Position numbers and translations under genes: made by a program
Part shown: positions 31,801-46,800 of the stretch, piece after piece
How positions within the stretch are numbered: position 1 is the first letter of the stretch
Layout: each line of letters opens with the position of its first letter
Source of the DNA: Paragordius varius
Taxonomy: Eukaryota > Animalia > Nematomorpha
Length of the DNA: 64,000 nt
NCBI GenBank assembly: GCA_964247055.1
Contig: OZ176058.1
Coordinates: 4,588,001-4,652,000 of the forward strand
Direction of reading: 5' to 3'
Notes under the pieces: model-generated
Told to the model about the DNA's origin: nothing
Databases searched by the model: none
Seen by the model: only the letters and a program-made list of their open reading frames with translations

Positions 31801-34800
31801 TGTCAATAGTATCTTTTTACATTTTGTCTGTATATTTTTACATTTTGTCCGTATCTTTTTACATTTTGTCTGTATCTTTTTACATTTTGTCTGTATCTTT
31901 TTACATTTTGTCAATAGTATCTTTTTACATTTTGTCCGTATCTTTTTACATTTTGTCTGTATCTTTTTACATTTTGTCCGTATCTTTTTACATTTGTCCG
32001 TATCTTTTTACATTTTGTCCGTATCTTTTTACATTTTGTCTGTCTATTTTTACATTTTGTCTGTATCTTTTTACATTTTGTCAATAGTATCTTTTTACAT
32101 TTTGTCTGTATCTTTTTACATTTTGTCAATAGTATCTTTTTACATTTTGTCAATAGTATCTTTTTACATTTTGTCTGTATCTTTTTACATTTTGTCAATA
32201 GTATCTTTTTACATTTTGTCTGTATCTTTTTACATTTTGTCTGTATCTTTTTACATTTTGTCTGTATCTTTTTACATTTTGTCTGTATCTTTTTACATTT
32301 TGTCCGTATCTTTTTACATTTTGTCTGTATCTTTTTACATTTTGTCTGTATCTTTTTACATTTTGTCTGTATCTTTTTACATTTTGTCTGTATCTTTTTA
32401 CATTTTGTCCGTATCTTTTTACATTTTGTCCGTATCTTTTTACATTTTGTCTGTATCTTTTTACATTTTGTCAATAGTATATTTTTACATTTTGTCTGTA
32501 TCTTTTTACATTTTGTCCGTATCTTTTTACATTTTGTCCGTATCTTTTTACATTTTGTCTGTATCTTTTTACATTTTGTCTGTATCTTTTTACATTTTGT
32601 CAATAGTATATTTTTACATTTTGTCTGTATCTTTTTACATTTTGTCCGTATCTTTTTACATTTTGTCCGTATCTTTTTACATTTTGTCTGTATCTTTTTA
32701 CATTTTGTCTGTATCTTTTTACATTTTGTCAATAGTATATTTTTACATTTTGTCTGTATCTTTTTACATTTTGTCCGTATCTTTTTACATTTTGTCCGTA
32801 TCTTTTTACATTTTGTCTGTATCTTTTTACATTTTGTCTGTATCTTTTTACATTTTGTCAATAGTATCTTTTTACATTTTGTCTGTATCTTTTTACATTT
32901 TGTCTGTATCTTTTTACATTTTGTCCGTATCTTTTTACATTTTGTCTGTATCTTTTTACATTTTGTCCGTATCTTTTTACATTTTGTCAATAGTATCTTT
33001 TTACATTTTGTCTGTATCTTTTTACATTTTGTCAATAGTATCTTTTTACATTTTGTCAATAGTATCTTTTTACATTTTGTCTGTATCTTTTTACATTTTG
33101 TCAATAGTATATTTTTACATTTTGTCTGTATCTTTTTACATTTTGTCTGTATCTTTTTACATTTTGTCCGTATCTTTTTACATTTTGTCTGTATCTTTTT
33201 ACATTTTGTCTGTATCTTTTTACATTTTGTCAATAGTATATTTTTACATTTTGTCTGTATCTTTTTACATTTTGTCCGTATCTTTTTACATTTTGTCCGT
33301 ATCTTTTTACATTTTGTCCGTATCTTTTTACATTTTGTCCGTATCTTTTTACATTTTGTCCGTATCTTTTTACATTTTGTCAATAGTATCTTTTTACATT
33401 TTGTCTGTATCTTTTTACATTTTGTCCGTATCTTTTTACATTTTGTCCGTATCTTTTTACATTTTGTCCGTATCTTTTTACATTTTGTCAATAGTATCTT
33501 TTTACATTTTGTCTGTATCTTTTTACATTTTGTCAATAGTATCTTTTTACATTTTGTCAATAGTATCTTTTTACATTTTGTCTGTATCTTTTTACATTTT
33601 GTCTGTATCTTTTTACATTTTGTCCGTATCTTTTTACATTTTGTCTGTATCTTTTTACATTTTGTCCGTATCTTTTTACATTTTGTCAATAGTATCTTTT
33701 TACATTTTGTCTGTATCTTTTTACATTTTGTCAATAGTATCTTTTTACATTTTGTCAATAGTATCTTTTTACATTTTGTCTGTATCTTTTTACATTTTGT
33801 CTGTATCTTTTTACATTTTGTCCGTATCTTTTTACATTTTGTCTGTATCTTTTTACATTTTGTCTGTATCTTTTTACATTTTGTCTGTATCTTTTTACAT
33901 TTTGTCCGTATCTTTTTACATTTTGTCTGTATCTTTTTACATTTTGTCCGTATCTTTTTACATTTTGTCTGTATCTTTTTACATTTTGTCCGTATCTTTT
34001 TACATTTGTCCGTATCTTTTTACATTTTGTCCGTATCTTTTTACATTTTGTCTGTATCTTTTTACATTTTGTCAATAGTATCTTTTTACATTTTGTCAAT
34101 AGTATCTTTTTACATTTTGTCTGTATCTTTTTACATTTTGTCTGTATCTTTTTACATTTTGTCCGTATCTTTTTACATTTTGTCTGTATCTTTTTACATT
34201 TTGTCCGTATCTTTTTACATTTTGTCCGTATCTTTTTACATTTGTCCGTATCTTTTTACATTTTGTCCGTATCTTTTTACATTTTGTCTGTATCTTTTTA
34301 CATTTTGTCAATAGTATCTTTTTACATTTTGTCCGTATCTTTTTACATTTTGTCTGTATCTTTTTACATTTTGTCCGTATCTTTTTACATTTTGTCCGTA
34401 TCTTTTTACATTTTGTCCGTATCTTTTTACATTTGTCCGTATCTTTTTACATTTTGTCCGTATCTTTTTACATTTTGTCTGTATCTTTTTACATTTTGTC
34501 AATAGTATCTTTTTACATTTTGTCCGTATCTTTTTACATTTTGTCCGTATCTTTTTACATTTTGTCTGTATCTTTTTACATTTTGTCAATAGTATCTTTT
34601 TACATTTTGTCTGTATCTTTTTACATTTTGTCAATAGTATCTTTTTACATTTTGTCAATAGTATCTTTTTACATTTTGTCTGTATCTTTTTACATTTTGT
34701 CTGTATCTTTTTACATTTTGTCCGTATCTTTTTACATTTTGTCTGTATCTTTTTACATTTTGTCCGTATCTTTTTACATTTTGTCAATAGTATCTTTTTA

Positions 34801-37800
34801 CATTTTGTCTGTATCTTTTTACATTTTGTCAATAGTATCTTTTTACATTTTGTCAATAGTATCTTTTTACATTTTGTCTGTATCTTTTTACATTTTGTCA
34901 ATAGTATATTTTTACATTTTGTCCGTATCTTTTTACATTTTGTCTGTATCTTTTTACATTTTGTCCGTATCTTTTTACATTTTGTCCGTATCTTTTTACA
35001 TTTTGTCCGTATCTTTTTACATTTTGTCCGTATCTTTTTACATTTTGTCAATAGTATCTTTTTACATTTTGTCCGTATCTTTTTACATTTTGTCCGTATC
35101 TTTTTACATTTTGTCTGTATCTTTTTACATTTTGTCAATAGTATCTTTTTACATTTTGTCTGTATATTTTTACATTTTGTCCGTATCTTTTTACATTTTG
35201 TCTGTATCTTTTTACATTTTGTCTGTATCTTTTTACATTTTGTCAATAGTATCTTTTTACATTTTGTCCGTATCTTTTTACATTTTGTCTGTATCTTTTT
35301 ACATTTTGTCCGTATCTTTTTACATTTGTCCGTATCTTTTTACATTTTGTCCGTATCTTTTTACATTTTGTCTGTCTATTTTTACATTTTGTCTGTATCT
35401 TTTTACATTTTGTCAATAGTATCTTTTTACATTTTGTCTGTATCTTTTTACATTTTGTCAATAGTATCTTTTTACATTTTGTCAATAGTATCTTTTTACA
35501 TTTTGTCTGTATCTTTTTACATTTTGTCAATAGTATCTTTTTACATTTTGTCTGTATCTTTTTACATTTTGTCTGTATCTTTTTACATTTTGTCTGTATC
35601 TTTTTACATTTTGTCTGTATCTTTTTACATTTTGTCCGTATCTTTTTACATTTTGTCTGTATCTTTTTACATTTTGTCTGTATCTTTTTACATTTTGTCT
35701 GTATCTTTTTACATTTTGTCTGTATCTTTTTACATTTTGTCCGTATCTTTTTACATTTTGTCCGTATCTTTTTACATTTTGTCTGTATCTTTTTACATTT
35801 TGTCAATAGTATATTTTTACATTTTGTCTGTATCTTTTTACATTTTGTCCGTATCTTTTTACATTTTGTCCGTATCTTTTTACATTTTGTCTGTATCTTT
35901 TTACATTTTGTCTGTATCTTTTTACATTTTGTCAATAGTATATTTTTACATTTTGTCTGTATCTTTTTACATTTTGTCCGTATCTTTTTACATTTTGTCC
36001 GTATCTTTTTACATTTTGTCTGTATCTTTTTACATTTTGTCTGTATCTTTTTACATTTTGTCAATAGTATATTTTTACATTTTGTCTGTATCTTTTTACA
36101 TTTTGTCCGTATCTTTTTACATTTTGTCCGTATCTTTTTACATTTTGTCTGTATCTTTTTACATTTTGTCTGTATCTTTTTACATTTTGTCAATAGTATA
36201 TTTTTACATTTTGTCTGTATCTTTTTACATTTTGTCTGTATCTTTTTACATTTTGTCCGTATCTTTTTACATTTTGTCTGTATCTTTTTACATTTTGTCT
36301 GTATCTTTTTACATTTTGTCAATAGTATATTTTTACATTTTGTCTGTATCTTTTTACATTTTGTCCGTATCTTTTTACATTTTGTCCGTATCTTTTTACA
36401 TTTTGTCCGTATCTTTTTACATTTTGTCTGTATCTTTTTACATTTTGTCTGTATCTTTTTACATTTTGTCAATAGTATATTTTTACATTTTGTCTGTATC
36501 TTTTTACATTTTGTCCGTATCTTTTTACATTTTGTCCGTATCTTTTTACATTTTGTCCGTATCTTTTTACATTTTGTCCGTATCTTTTTACATTTTGTCC
36601 GTATCTTTTTACATTTTGTCCGTATCTTTTTACATTTTGTCAGTATCTTTTTACATTTTGTCTGTATCTTTTTACATTTTGTCCGTATCTTTTTACATTT
36701 TGTCAATAGTATCTTTTTACATTTTGTCCGTATCTTTTTACATTTTGTCAATAGTATCTTTTTACATTTTGTCTGTATCTTTTTACATTTTGTCTGTATC
36801 TTTTTACATTTTGTCAATAGTATCTTTTTACATTTTGTCAATAGTATCTTTTTACATTTTGTCTGTATCTTTTTACATTTTGTCCGTATCTTTTTACATT
36901 TTGTCCGTATCTTTTTACATTTTGTCTGTATCTTTTTACATTTTGTCCGTATCTTTTTACATTTTGTCAATAGTATCTTTTTACATTTTGTCAATATCTT
37001 TTTACATTTTGTCAATAGTATCTTTTTACATTTTGTCAATAGTATCTTTTTACATTTTGTCTGTATCTTTTTACATTTTGTCCGTATCTTTTTACATTTT
37101 GTCTGTATCTTTTTACATTTTGTCTGTATCTTTTTACATTTTGTCTGTATCTTTTTACATTTTGTCCGTATCTTTTTACATTTTGTCTGTATCTTTTTAC
37201 ATTTTGTCTGTATCTTTTTACATTTTGTCTGTATCTTTTTACATTTTGTCCGTATCTTTTTACATTTTGTCTGTATCTTTTTACATTTTGTCTGTATCTT
37301 TTTACATTTTGTCAATAGTATATTTTTACATTTTGTCTGTATCTTTTTACATTTTGTCCGTATCTTTTTACATTTTGTCCGTATCTTTTTACATTTTGTC
37401 CGTATCTTTTTACATTTTGTCTGTATCTTTTTACATTTTGTCTGTATCTTTTTACATTTTGTCAATAGTATATTTTTACATTTTGTCTGTATCTTTTTAC
37501 ATTTTGTCCGTATCTTTTTACATTTTGTCCGTATCTTTTTACATTTTGTCCGTATCTTTTTACATTTTGTCCGTATCTTTTTACATTTTGTCCGTATCTT
37601 TTTACATTTTGTCTGTATCTTTTTACATTTTGTCCGTATATTTTTACATTTTGTCCGTATCTTTTTACATTTTGTCCGTATCTTTTTACATTTTGTCCGT
37701 ATCTTTTTACATTTTGTCAATAGTATCTTTTTACATTTTGTCCGTATCTTTTTACATTTTGTCCGTATCTTTTTACATTTTGTCTGTATCTTTTTACATT

Positions 37801-40800
37801 TTGTCCGTATATTTTTACATTTTGTCCGTATCTTTTTACATTTTGTCCGTATCTTTTTACATTTTGTCCGTATCTTTTTACATTTTGTCTGTCTATTTTT
37901 ACATTTTGTCTGTCTATTTTTACATTTTGTCTGTATCTTTTTACATTTTGTCAATAGTATCTTTTTACATTTTGTCTGTATCTTTTTACATTTTGTCAAT
38001 AGTATCTTTTTACATTTTGTCAATAGTATCTTTTTACATTTTGTCTGTATCTTTTTACATTTTGTCAATAGTATATTTTTACATTTTGTCCGTATCTTTT
38101 TACATTTTGTCTGTATCTTTTTACATTTTGTCCGTATCTTTTTACATTTTGTCTGTATCTTTTTACATTTTGTCTGTATCTTTTTACATTTTGTCAATAG
38201 TATCTTTTTACATTTTGTCAATAGTATATTTTTACATTTTGTCTGTATCTTTTTACATTTTGTCCGTATATTTTTACATTTTGTCTGTATCTTTTTACAT
38301 TTTGTCCGTATCTTTTTACATTTTGTCCGTATCTTTTTACATTTTGTCCGTATCTTTTTACATTTTGTCCGTATCTTTTTACATTTTGTCTGTATCTTTT
38401 TACATTTTGTCTGTATCTTTTTACATTTTGTCTGTATCTTTTTACATTTTGTCTGTATCTTTTTACATTTTGTCAATAGTATCTTTTTACATTTTGTCAA
38501 TAGTATATTTTTACATTTTGTCAATAGTATATTTTTACATTTTGTCTGTATCTTTTTACATTTTGTCTGTATCTTTTTACATTTTGTCTGTATATTTTTA
38601 CATTTTGTCTGTATCTTTTTACATTTTGTCCGTATCTTTTTACATTTTGTCTGTATATTTTTACATTTTGTCTGTATCTTTTTACATTTTGTCTGTATCT
38701 TTTTACATTTTGTCAATAGTATCTTTTTACATTTTGTCTGTATCTTTTTACATTTTGTCAATAGTATCTTTTTACATTTTGTCAATAGTATATTTTTACA
38801 TTTTGTCTGTATCTTTTTACATTTTGTCTGTATATTTTTACATTTTGTCTGTATCTTTTTACATTTTGTCCGTATCTTTTTACATTTTGTCCGTATCTTT
38901 TTACATTTTGTCTGTATCTTTTTACATTTTGTCTGTATCTTTTTACATTTTGTCTGTATCTTTTTACATTTTGTCTGTATCTTTTTACATTTTGTCTGTA
39001 TCTTTTTACATTTTGTCCGTATCTTTTTACATTTTGTCTGTATATTTTTACATTTTGTCCGTATCTTTTTACATTTTGTCCGTATCTTTTTACATTTTGT
39101 CTGTATCTTTTTACATTTTGTCTGTATCTTTTTACATTTTGTCCGTATCTTTTTACATTTTGTCTGTATCTTTTTACATTTTGTCAATAGTATCTTTTTA
39201 CATTTTGTCTGTATCTTTTTACATTTTGTCAATAGTATCTTTTTACATTTTGTCAATAGTATATTTTTATATTTTGTCTGTATCTTTTTACATTTTGTCT
39301 GTATATTTTTACATTTTGTCCGTATCTTTTTACATTTTGTCCGTATCTTTTTACATTTTGTCCGTATCTTTTTACATTTTGTCCGTATCTTTTTACATTT
39401 TGTCCGTATCTTTTTACATTTTGTCCGTATCTTTTTACATTTTGTCTGTATCTTTTTACATTTTGTCCGTATCTTTTTACATTTTGTCAATAGTATCTTT
39501 TTACATTTTGTCTGTATCTTTTTACATTTTGTCAATAGTATCTTTTTACATTTTGTCTGTATCTTTTTACATTTTGTCAATAGTATATTTTTACATTTTG
39601 TCTGTATCTTTTTACATTTTGTCTGTATCTTTTTACATTTTGTCCGTATATTTTTACATTTTGTCCGTATCTTTTTACATTTTGTCCGTATCTTTTTACA
39701 TTTTGTCCGTATATTTTTACATTTTGTCCGTATCTTTTTACATTTTGTCCGTATCTTTTTACATTTTGTCCGTATCTTTTTACAATTTGTCCGTATCTTT
39801 TTACATTTTGTCCGTATCTTTTTTTTGTCTGTATCTTTTTACATTTTGTCCGTATCTTTTTACATTTTGTCAATAGTATATTTTTACATTTTGTCAATAG
39901 TATATTTTTTCATTTTGTCAGTAGTATATTTTTACATTTTGTCTGTATCTTTTTACATTTTGTCAATAGTATATTTTTACATTTTGTCTGTATCTTTTTA
40001 CATTTTGTCAATAGTATATTTTTACATTTTGTCCGTATCTTTTTACATTTTGTCAATAGTATATTTTTACATTTTGTCAATAGTATATTTTTTCATTTTG
40101 TCAGTAGTATATTTTTACATTTTGTCAATAGTATATTTTTTCATTTTGTCAGTAGTATATTTTTTCATTTTGTCAGTAGTATATTTTTACATTTTGTCTG
40201 TATCTTTTTACATTTTGTCAGTAGTATATTTTTACATTTTGTCTGTATCTTTTTACATTTTGTCCGTATATTTTTACATTTTGTCCGTATCTTTTTACAT
40301 TTTGTCCGTATCTTTTTACATTTTGTCCGTATCTTTTTACAATTTGTCCGTATCTTTTTACATTTTGTCCGTATCTTTTTTTTGTCTGTATCTTTTTACA
40401 TTTTGTCCGTATCTTTTTACATTTTGTCAATAGTATATTTTTACATTTTGTCCGTATCTTTTTACATTTTGTCAATAGTATATTTTTACATTTTGTCAAT
40501 AGTATATTTTTTCATTTTGTCAGTAGTATATTTTTACATTTTGTCTGTATCTTTTTACATTTTGTCCGTATATTTTTACATTTTGTCCGTATCTTTTTAC
40601 ATTTTGTCCGTATCTTTTTACATTTTGTCCGTATCTTTTTACAATTTGTCCGTATCTTTTTACATTTTGTCCGTATCTTTTTTTTGTCTGTATCTTTTTA
40701 CATTTTGTCCGTATCTTTTTACATTTTGTCAATAGTATATTTTTACATTTTGTCAATAGTATATTTTTTCATTTTGTCAGTAGTATATTTTTACATTTTG

Positions 40801-43800
40801 TCTGTATCTTTTTACATTTTGTCAATAGTATATTTTTACATTTTGTCCGTATCTTTTTACATTTTGTCAATAGTATATTTTTTCATTTTGTCAGTAGTAT
40901 ATTTTTACATTTTGTCTGTATCTTTTTACATTTTGTCTGTATCTTTTTACATTTTGTCCGTATCTTTTTACATTTTGTCCGTATCTTTTTACATTTTGTC
41001 CGTATCTTTTTACATTTTGTCAATAGTATATTTTTACATTTTGTCCGTATCTTTTTACATTTGGTCCGTATCTTTTTACATTTGGTCCGTATCTTTTTAC
41101 ATTTTGTCTGTATCTTTTTACATTTTGTCCGTATCTTTTTACATTTTGTCCGTATCTTTTTACATTTTGTCCGTATCTTTTTACATTTTGTCAATAGTAT
41201 ATTTTTACATTTGGTCCGTATCTTTTTACATTTTGTCAATAGTATATTTTTACATTTTGTCCGTATCTTTTTACATTTTGTCTGTATCTTTTTACATTTG
41301 GTCCGTATCTTTTTACATTTAGTCTGTATATTTTTACATTTTGTCCGTATCTTTTTACATTTTGTCCGTATCTTTTTACATTTGGTCCGTATATTTTTAC
41401 ATTTTGTCAATAGTATATTTTTACATTTGGTCCGTATCTTTTTACATTTTGTCTGTATCTTTTTACATTTTGTCCGTATCTTTTTACATTTTGTCCGTAT
41501 ATTTTTACATTTGGTCCGTATCTTTTTACATTTTGTCCGTATATTTTTACATTTGGTCCGTATCTTTTTACATTTTGTCCGTATCTTTTTACATTTTGTC
41601 CGTATCTTTTTACATTTTGTCCGTATATTTTTACATTTTGTCCGTATCTTTTTACATTTTGTCTGTATCTTTTTACATTTGGTCCGTATCTTTTTACATT
41701 TAGTCTGTATATTTTTACATTTTGTCCGTATCTTTTTACATTTTGTCCGTATCTTTTTACATTTTGTCTGTATCTTTTTACATTTTGTCAATAGTATATT
41801 TTTACATTTGGTCCGTATCTTTTTACATTTTGTCAATAGTATATTTTTACATTTGGTCCGTATCTTTTTACATTTTGTCAATAGTATATTTTTACATTTT
41901 GTCCGTATCTTTTTACATTTTGTCTGTATCTTTTTACATTTGGTCCGTATCTTTTTACATTTTGTCCGTATCTTTTTACATTTTGTCTGTATCTTTTTAC
42001 ATTTTGTCCGTATCTTTTTACATTTTGTCTGTATCTTTTTACATTTTGTCAATAGTATATTTTTACATTTGGTCCGTATCTTTTTACATTTTGTCCGTAT
42101 CTTTTTACATTTTGTCCGTATCTTTTTACATTTGGTCCGTATATTTTTACATTTTGTCCGTATCTTTTTACATTTTGTCCGTATCTTTTTACATTTTGTC
42201 TGTATCTTTTTACATTTTGTCAATAGTATATTTTTACATTTGGTCCGTATCTTTTTACATTTTGTCTGTATCTTTTTACATTTGGTCCGTATCTTTTTAC
42301 ATTTTGTCCGTATCTTTTTACATTTTGTCTGTATCTTTTTACATTTTGTCCGTATCTTTTTACATTTTGTCTGTATCTTTTTACATTTTGTCAATAGTAT
42401 ATTTTTACATTTGGTCCGTATCTTTTTACATTTTGTCCGTATCTTTTTACATTTTGTCTGTATCTTTTTACATTTTGTCAATAGTATATTTTTACATTTG
42501 GTCCGTATCTTTTTACATTTGGTCCGTATCTTTTTACATTTTGTCTGTATCTTTTTACATTTTGTCCGTATCTTTTTACATTTTGTCTGTATCTTTTTAC
42601 ATTTTGTCCGTATATTTTTACATTTTGTCCGTATCTTTTTACATTTTGTCCGTATATTTTTACATTTTGTCATAAGTATATTTTGACATTTTGTCCGTAT
42701 ATTTTTACATTTTGTCCGTATCTTTTTACATTTGGTCCGTATATTTTTACATTTTGTCAATAGTATATTTTGACATTTTGTCCGTATATTTTTACATTTT
42801 GTCAATAGTATATTTTTACATTTTGTCCGTATCTTTTTACATTTTATCTGTATCTTTTTACATTTTGTCAATAGTATATTTTTACATTTGGTCCGTATAT
42901 TTTTACATTTTGTCAATAGTATATTTTTACATTTTGTCAATAGTATATTTTTACATTTTGTCAATAGTATCTTTTTACATTTGGTCCGTATCTTTTTACA
43001 TTTTGTCTGTATCTTTTTACATTTGGTCCGTATCTTTTTACATTTTGTCCGTATCTTTTTACATTTTGTCTGTATCTTTTTACATTTTGTCCGTATCTTT
43101 TTACATTTTGTCAATAGTATATTTTTACATTTGGTCCGTATCTTTTTACATTTTGTCCGTATCTTTTTACATTTTGTCAATAGTATATTTTTACATTTGG
43201 TCCGTATCTTTTTACATTTTGTCCGTATCTTTTTACATTTTGTCTGTATCTTTTTACATTTTGTCTGTATCTTTTTACATTTTGTCCGTATATTTTTACA
43301 TTTTGTCCGTATCTTTTTACATTTTGTCCGTATATTTTTACATTTTGTCATAAGTATATTTTGACATTTTGTCCGTATATTTTTACATTTTGTCCGTATC
43401 TTTTTACATTTGGTCCGTATATTTTTACATTTTGTCAATAGTATATTTTGACATTTTGTCCGTATATTTTTACATTTTGTCAATAGTATATTTTTACATT
43501 TTGTCCGTATCTTTTTACATTTTGTCTGTATCTTTTTACATTTTGTCCGTATCTTTTTACATTTTGTCAATAGTATATTTTTACATTTGGTCCGTATCTT
43601 TTTACATTTTGTCCGTATCTTTTTACATTTTGTCCGTATCTTTTTACATTTGGTCCGTATATTTTTACATTTTGTCTGTATCTTTTTACATTTGGTCCGT
43701 ATCTTTTTACATTTGGTCCGTATCTTTTTACATTTTGTCTGTATCTTTTTACATTTTGTCCGTATCTTTTTACATTTTGTCCGTATCTTTTTACATTTTG

Positions 43801-46800
43801 TCCGTATCTTTTTACATTTTGTCAATAGTATATTTTTACATTTGGTCCGTATCTTTTTACATTTTGTCAATAGTATATTTTTACATTTTGTCCGTATCTT
43901 TTTACATTTTGTCTGTATCTTTTTACATTTGGTCCGTATCTTTTTACATTTAGTCTGTATATTTTTACATTTTGTCCGTATCTTTTTACATTTTGTCCGT
44001 ATCTTTTTACATTTGGTCCGTATATTTTTACATTTTGTCAATAGTATATTTTTACATTTGGTCCGTATCTTTTTACATTTTGTCTGTATCTTTTTACATT
44101 TTGTCCGTATCTTTTTACATTTTGTCCGTATATTTTTACATTTGGTCCGTATCTTTTTACATTTTGTCCGTATATTTTTACATTTGGTCCGTATCTTTTT
44201 ACATTTTGTCCGTATCTTTTTACATTTTGTCCGTATCTTTTTACATTTTGTCCGTATATTTTTACATTTTGTCCGTATCTTTTTACATTTTGTCTGTATC
44301 TTTTTACATTTGGTCCGTATCTTTTTACATTTAGTCTGTATATTTTTACATTTTGTCCGTATCTTTTTACATTTTGTCCGTATCTTTTTACATTTTGTCT
44401 GTATCTTTTTACATTTTGTCAATAGTATATTTTTACATTTGGTCCGTATCTTTTTACATTTTGTCCGTATCTTTTTACATTTTGTCCGTATCTTTTTACA
44501 TTTGGTCCGTATATTTTTACATTTTGTCCGTATCTTTTTACATTTTGTCCGTATCTTTTTACATTTTGTCCGTATCTTTTTACATTTTGTCCGTATCTTT
44601 TTACATTTTGTCAATAGTATATTTTTACATTTGGTCCGTATCTTTTTACATTTTGTCAATAGTATATTTTTACATTTTGTCCGTATCTTTTTACATTTTG
44701 TCTGTATCTTTTTACATTTGGTCCGTATCTTTTTACATTTTGTCCGTATCTTTTTACATTTTGTCTGTATCTTTTTACATTTTGTCCGTATCTTTTTACA
44801 TTTTGTCTGTATCTTTTTACATTTTGTCAATAGTATATTTTTACATTTGGTCCGTATCTTTTTACATTTTGTCCGTATCTTTTTACATTTTGTCCGTATC
44901 TTTTTACATTTGGTCCGTATATTTTTACATTTTGTCCGTATCTTTTTACATTTTGTCCGTATCTTTTTACATTTTGTCTGTATCTTTTTACATTTTGTCA
45001 ATAGTATATTTTTACATTTGGTCCGTATCTTTTTACATTTTGTCTGTATCTTTTTACATTTGGTCCGTATCTTTTTACATTTTGTCCGTATCTTTTTACA
45101 TTTTGTCTGTATCTTTTTACATTTTGTCCGTATCTTTTTACATTTTGTCTGTATCTTTTTACATTTTGTCAATAGTATATTTTTACATTTGGTCCGTATC
45201 TTTTTACATTTTGTCCGTATCTTTTTACATTTTGTCTGTATCTTTTTACATTTTGTCAATAGTATATTTTTACATTTGGTCCGTATCTTTTTACATTTGG
45301 TCCGTATCTTTTTACATTTTGTCTGTATCTTTTTACATTTTGTCCGTATCTTTTTACATTTTGTCTGTATCTTTTTACATTTTGTCCGTATATTTTTACA
45401 TTTTGTCCGTATCTTTTTACATTTTGTCCGTATATTTTTACATTTTGTCATAAGTATATTTTGACATTTTGTCCGTATATTTTTACATTTTGTCCGTATC
45501 TTTTTACATTTGGTCCGTATCTTTTTACATTTTGTCTGTATCTTTTTACATTTTGTCCGTATCTTTTTACATTTTGTCTGTATCTTTTTACATTTTGTCC
45601 GTATATTTTTACATTTTGTCCGTATCTTTTTACATTTTGTCCGTATATTTTTACATTTTGTCAATAGTATATTTTGACATTTTGTCCGTATATTTTTACA
45701 TTTTGTCAATAGTATATTTTTACATTTTGTCCGTATCTTTTTACATTTTATCTGTATCTTTTTACATTTTGTCCGTATCTTTTTACATTTTGTCCGTATA
45801 TTTTTACATTTGGTCCGTATCTTTTTACATTTTGTCAATAGTATATTTTTACATTTGGTCCGTATATTTTTACATTTTGTCAATAGTATATTTTTACATT
45901 TTGTCAATAGTATCTTTTTACATTTGGTCCGTATCTTTTTACATTTTGTCTGTATCTTTTTACATTTGGTCCGTATCTTTTTACATTTTGTCCGTATCTT
46001 TTTACATTTTGTCTGTATCTTTTTACATTTTGTCCGTATCTTTTTACATTTTGTCAATAGTATATTTTTACATTTGGTCCGTATCTTTTTACATTTTGTC
46101 CGTATCTTTTTACATTTTGTCCGTATCTTTTTACATTTGGTCCGTATATTTTTACATTTTGTCTGTATCTTTTTACATTTTGTCCGTATCTTTTTACATT
46201 TTGTCCGTATCTTTTTACATTTTGTCTGTATCTTTTTACATTTTGTCAATAGTATATTTTTACATTTGGTCCGTATCTTTTTACATTTTGTCTGTATCTT
46301 TTTACATTTGGTCCGTATCTTTTTACATTTTGTCCGTATCTTTTTACATTTTGTCTGTATCTTTTTACATTTTGTCCGTATCTTTTTACATTTTGTCTGT
46401 ATCTTTTTACATTTTGTCAATAGTATATTTTTACATTTGGTCCGTATCTTTTTACATTTGGTCCGTATCTTTTTACATTTTGTCTGTATCTTTTTACATT
46501 TTGTCCGTATCTTTTTACATTTTGTCTGTATCTTTTTACATTTTGTCCGTATATTTTTACATTTTGTCCGTATCTTTTTACATTTTGTCCGTATATTTTT
46601 ACATTTTGTCATAAGTATATTTTGACATTTTGTCCGTATATTTTTACATTTTGTCCGTATCTTTTTACATTTGGTCCGTATATTTTTACATTTTGTCAAT
46701 AGTATATTTTGACATTTTGTCCGTATATTTTTACATTTTGTCAATAGTATATTTTTACATTTTGTCCGTATCTTTTTACATTTTATCTGTATCTTTTTAC

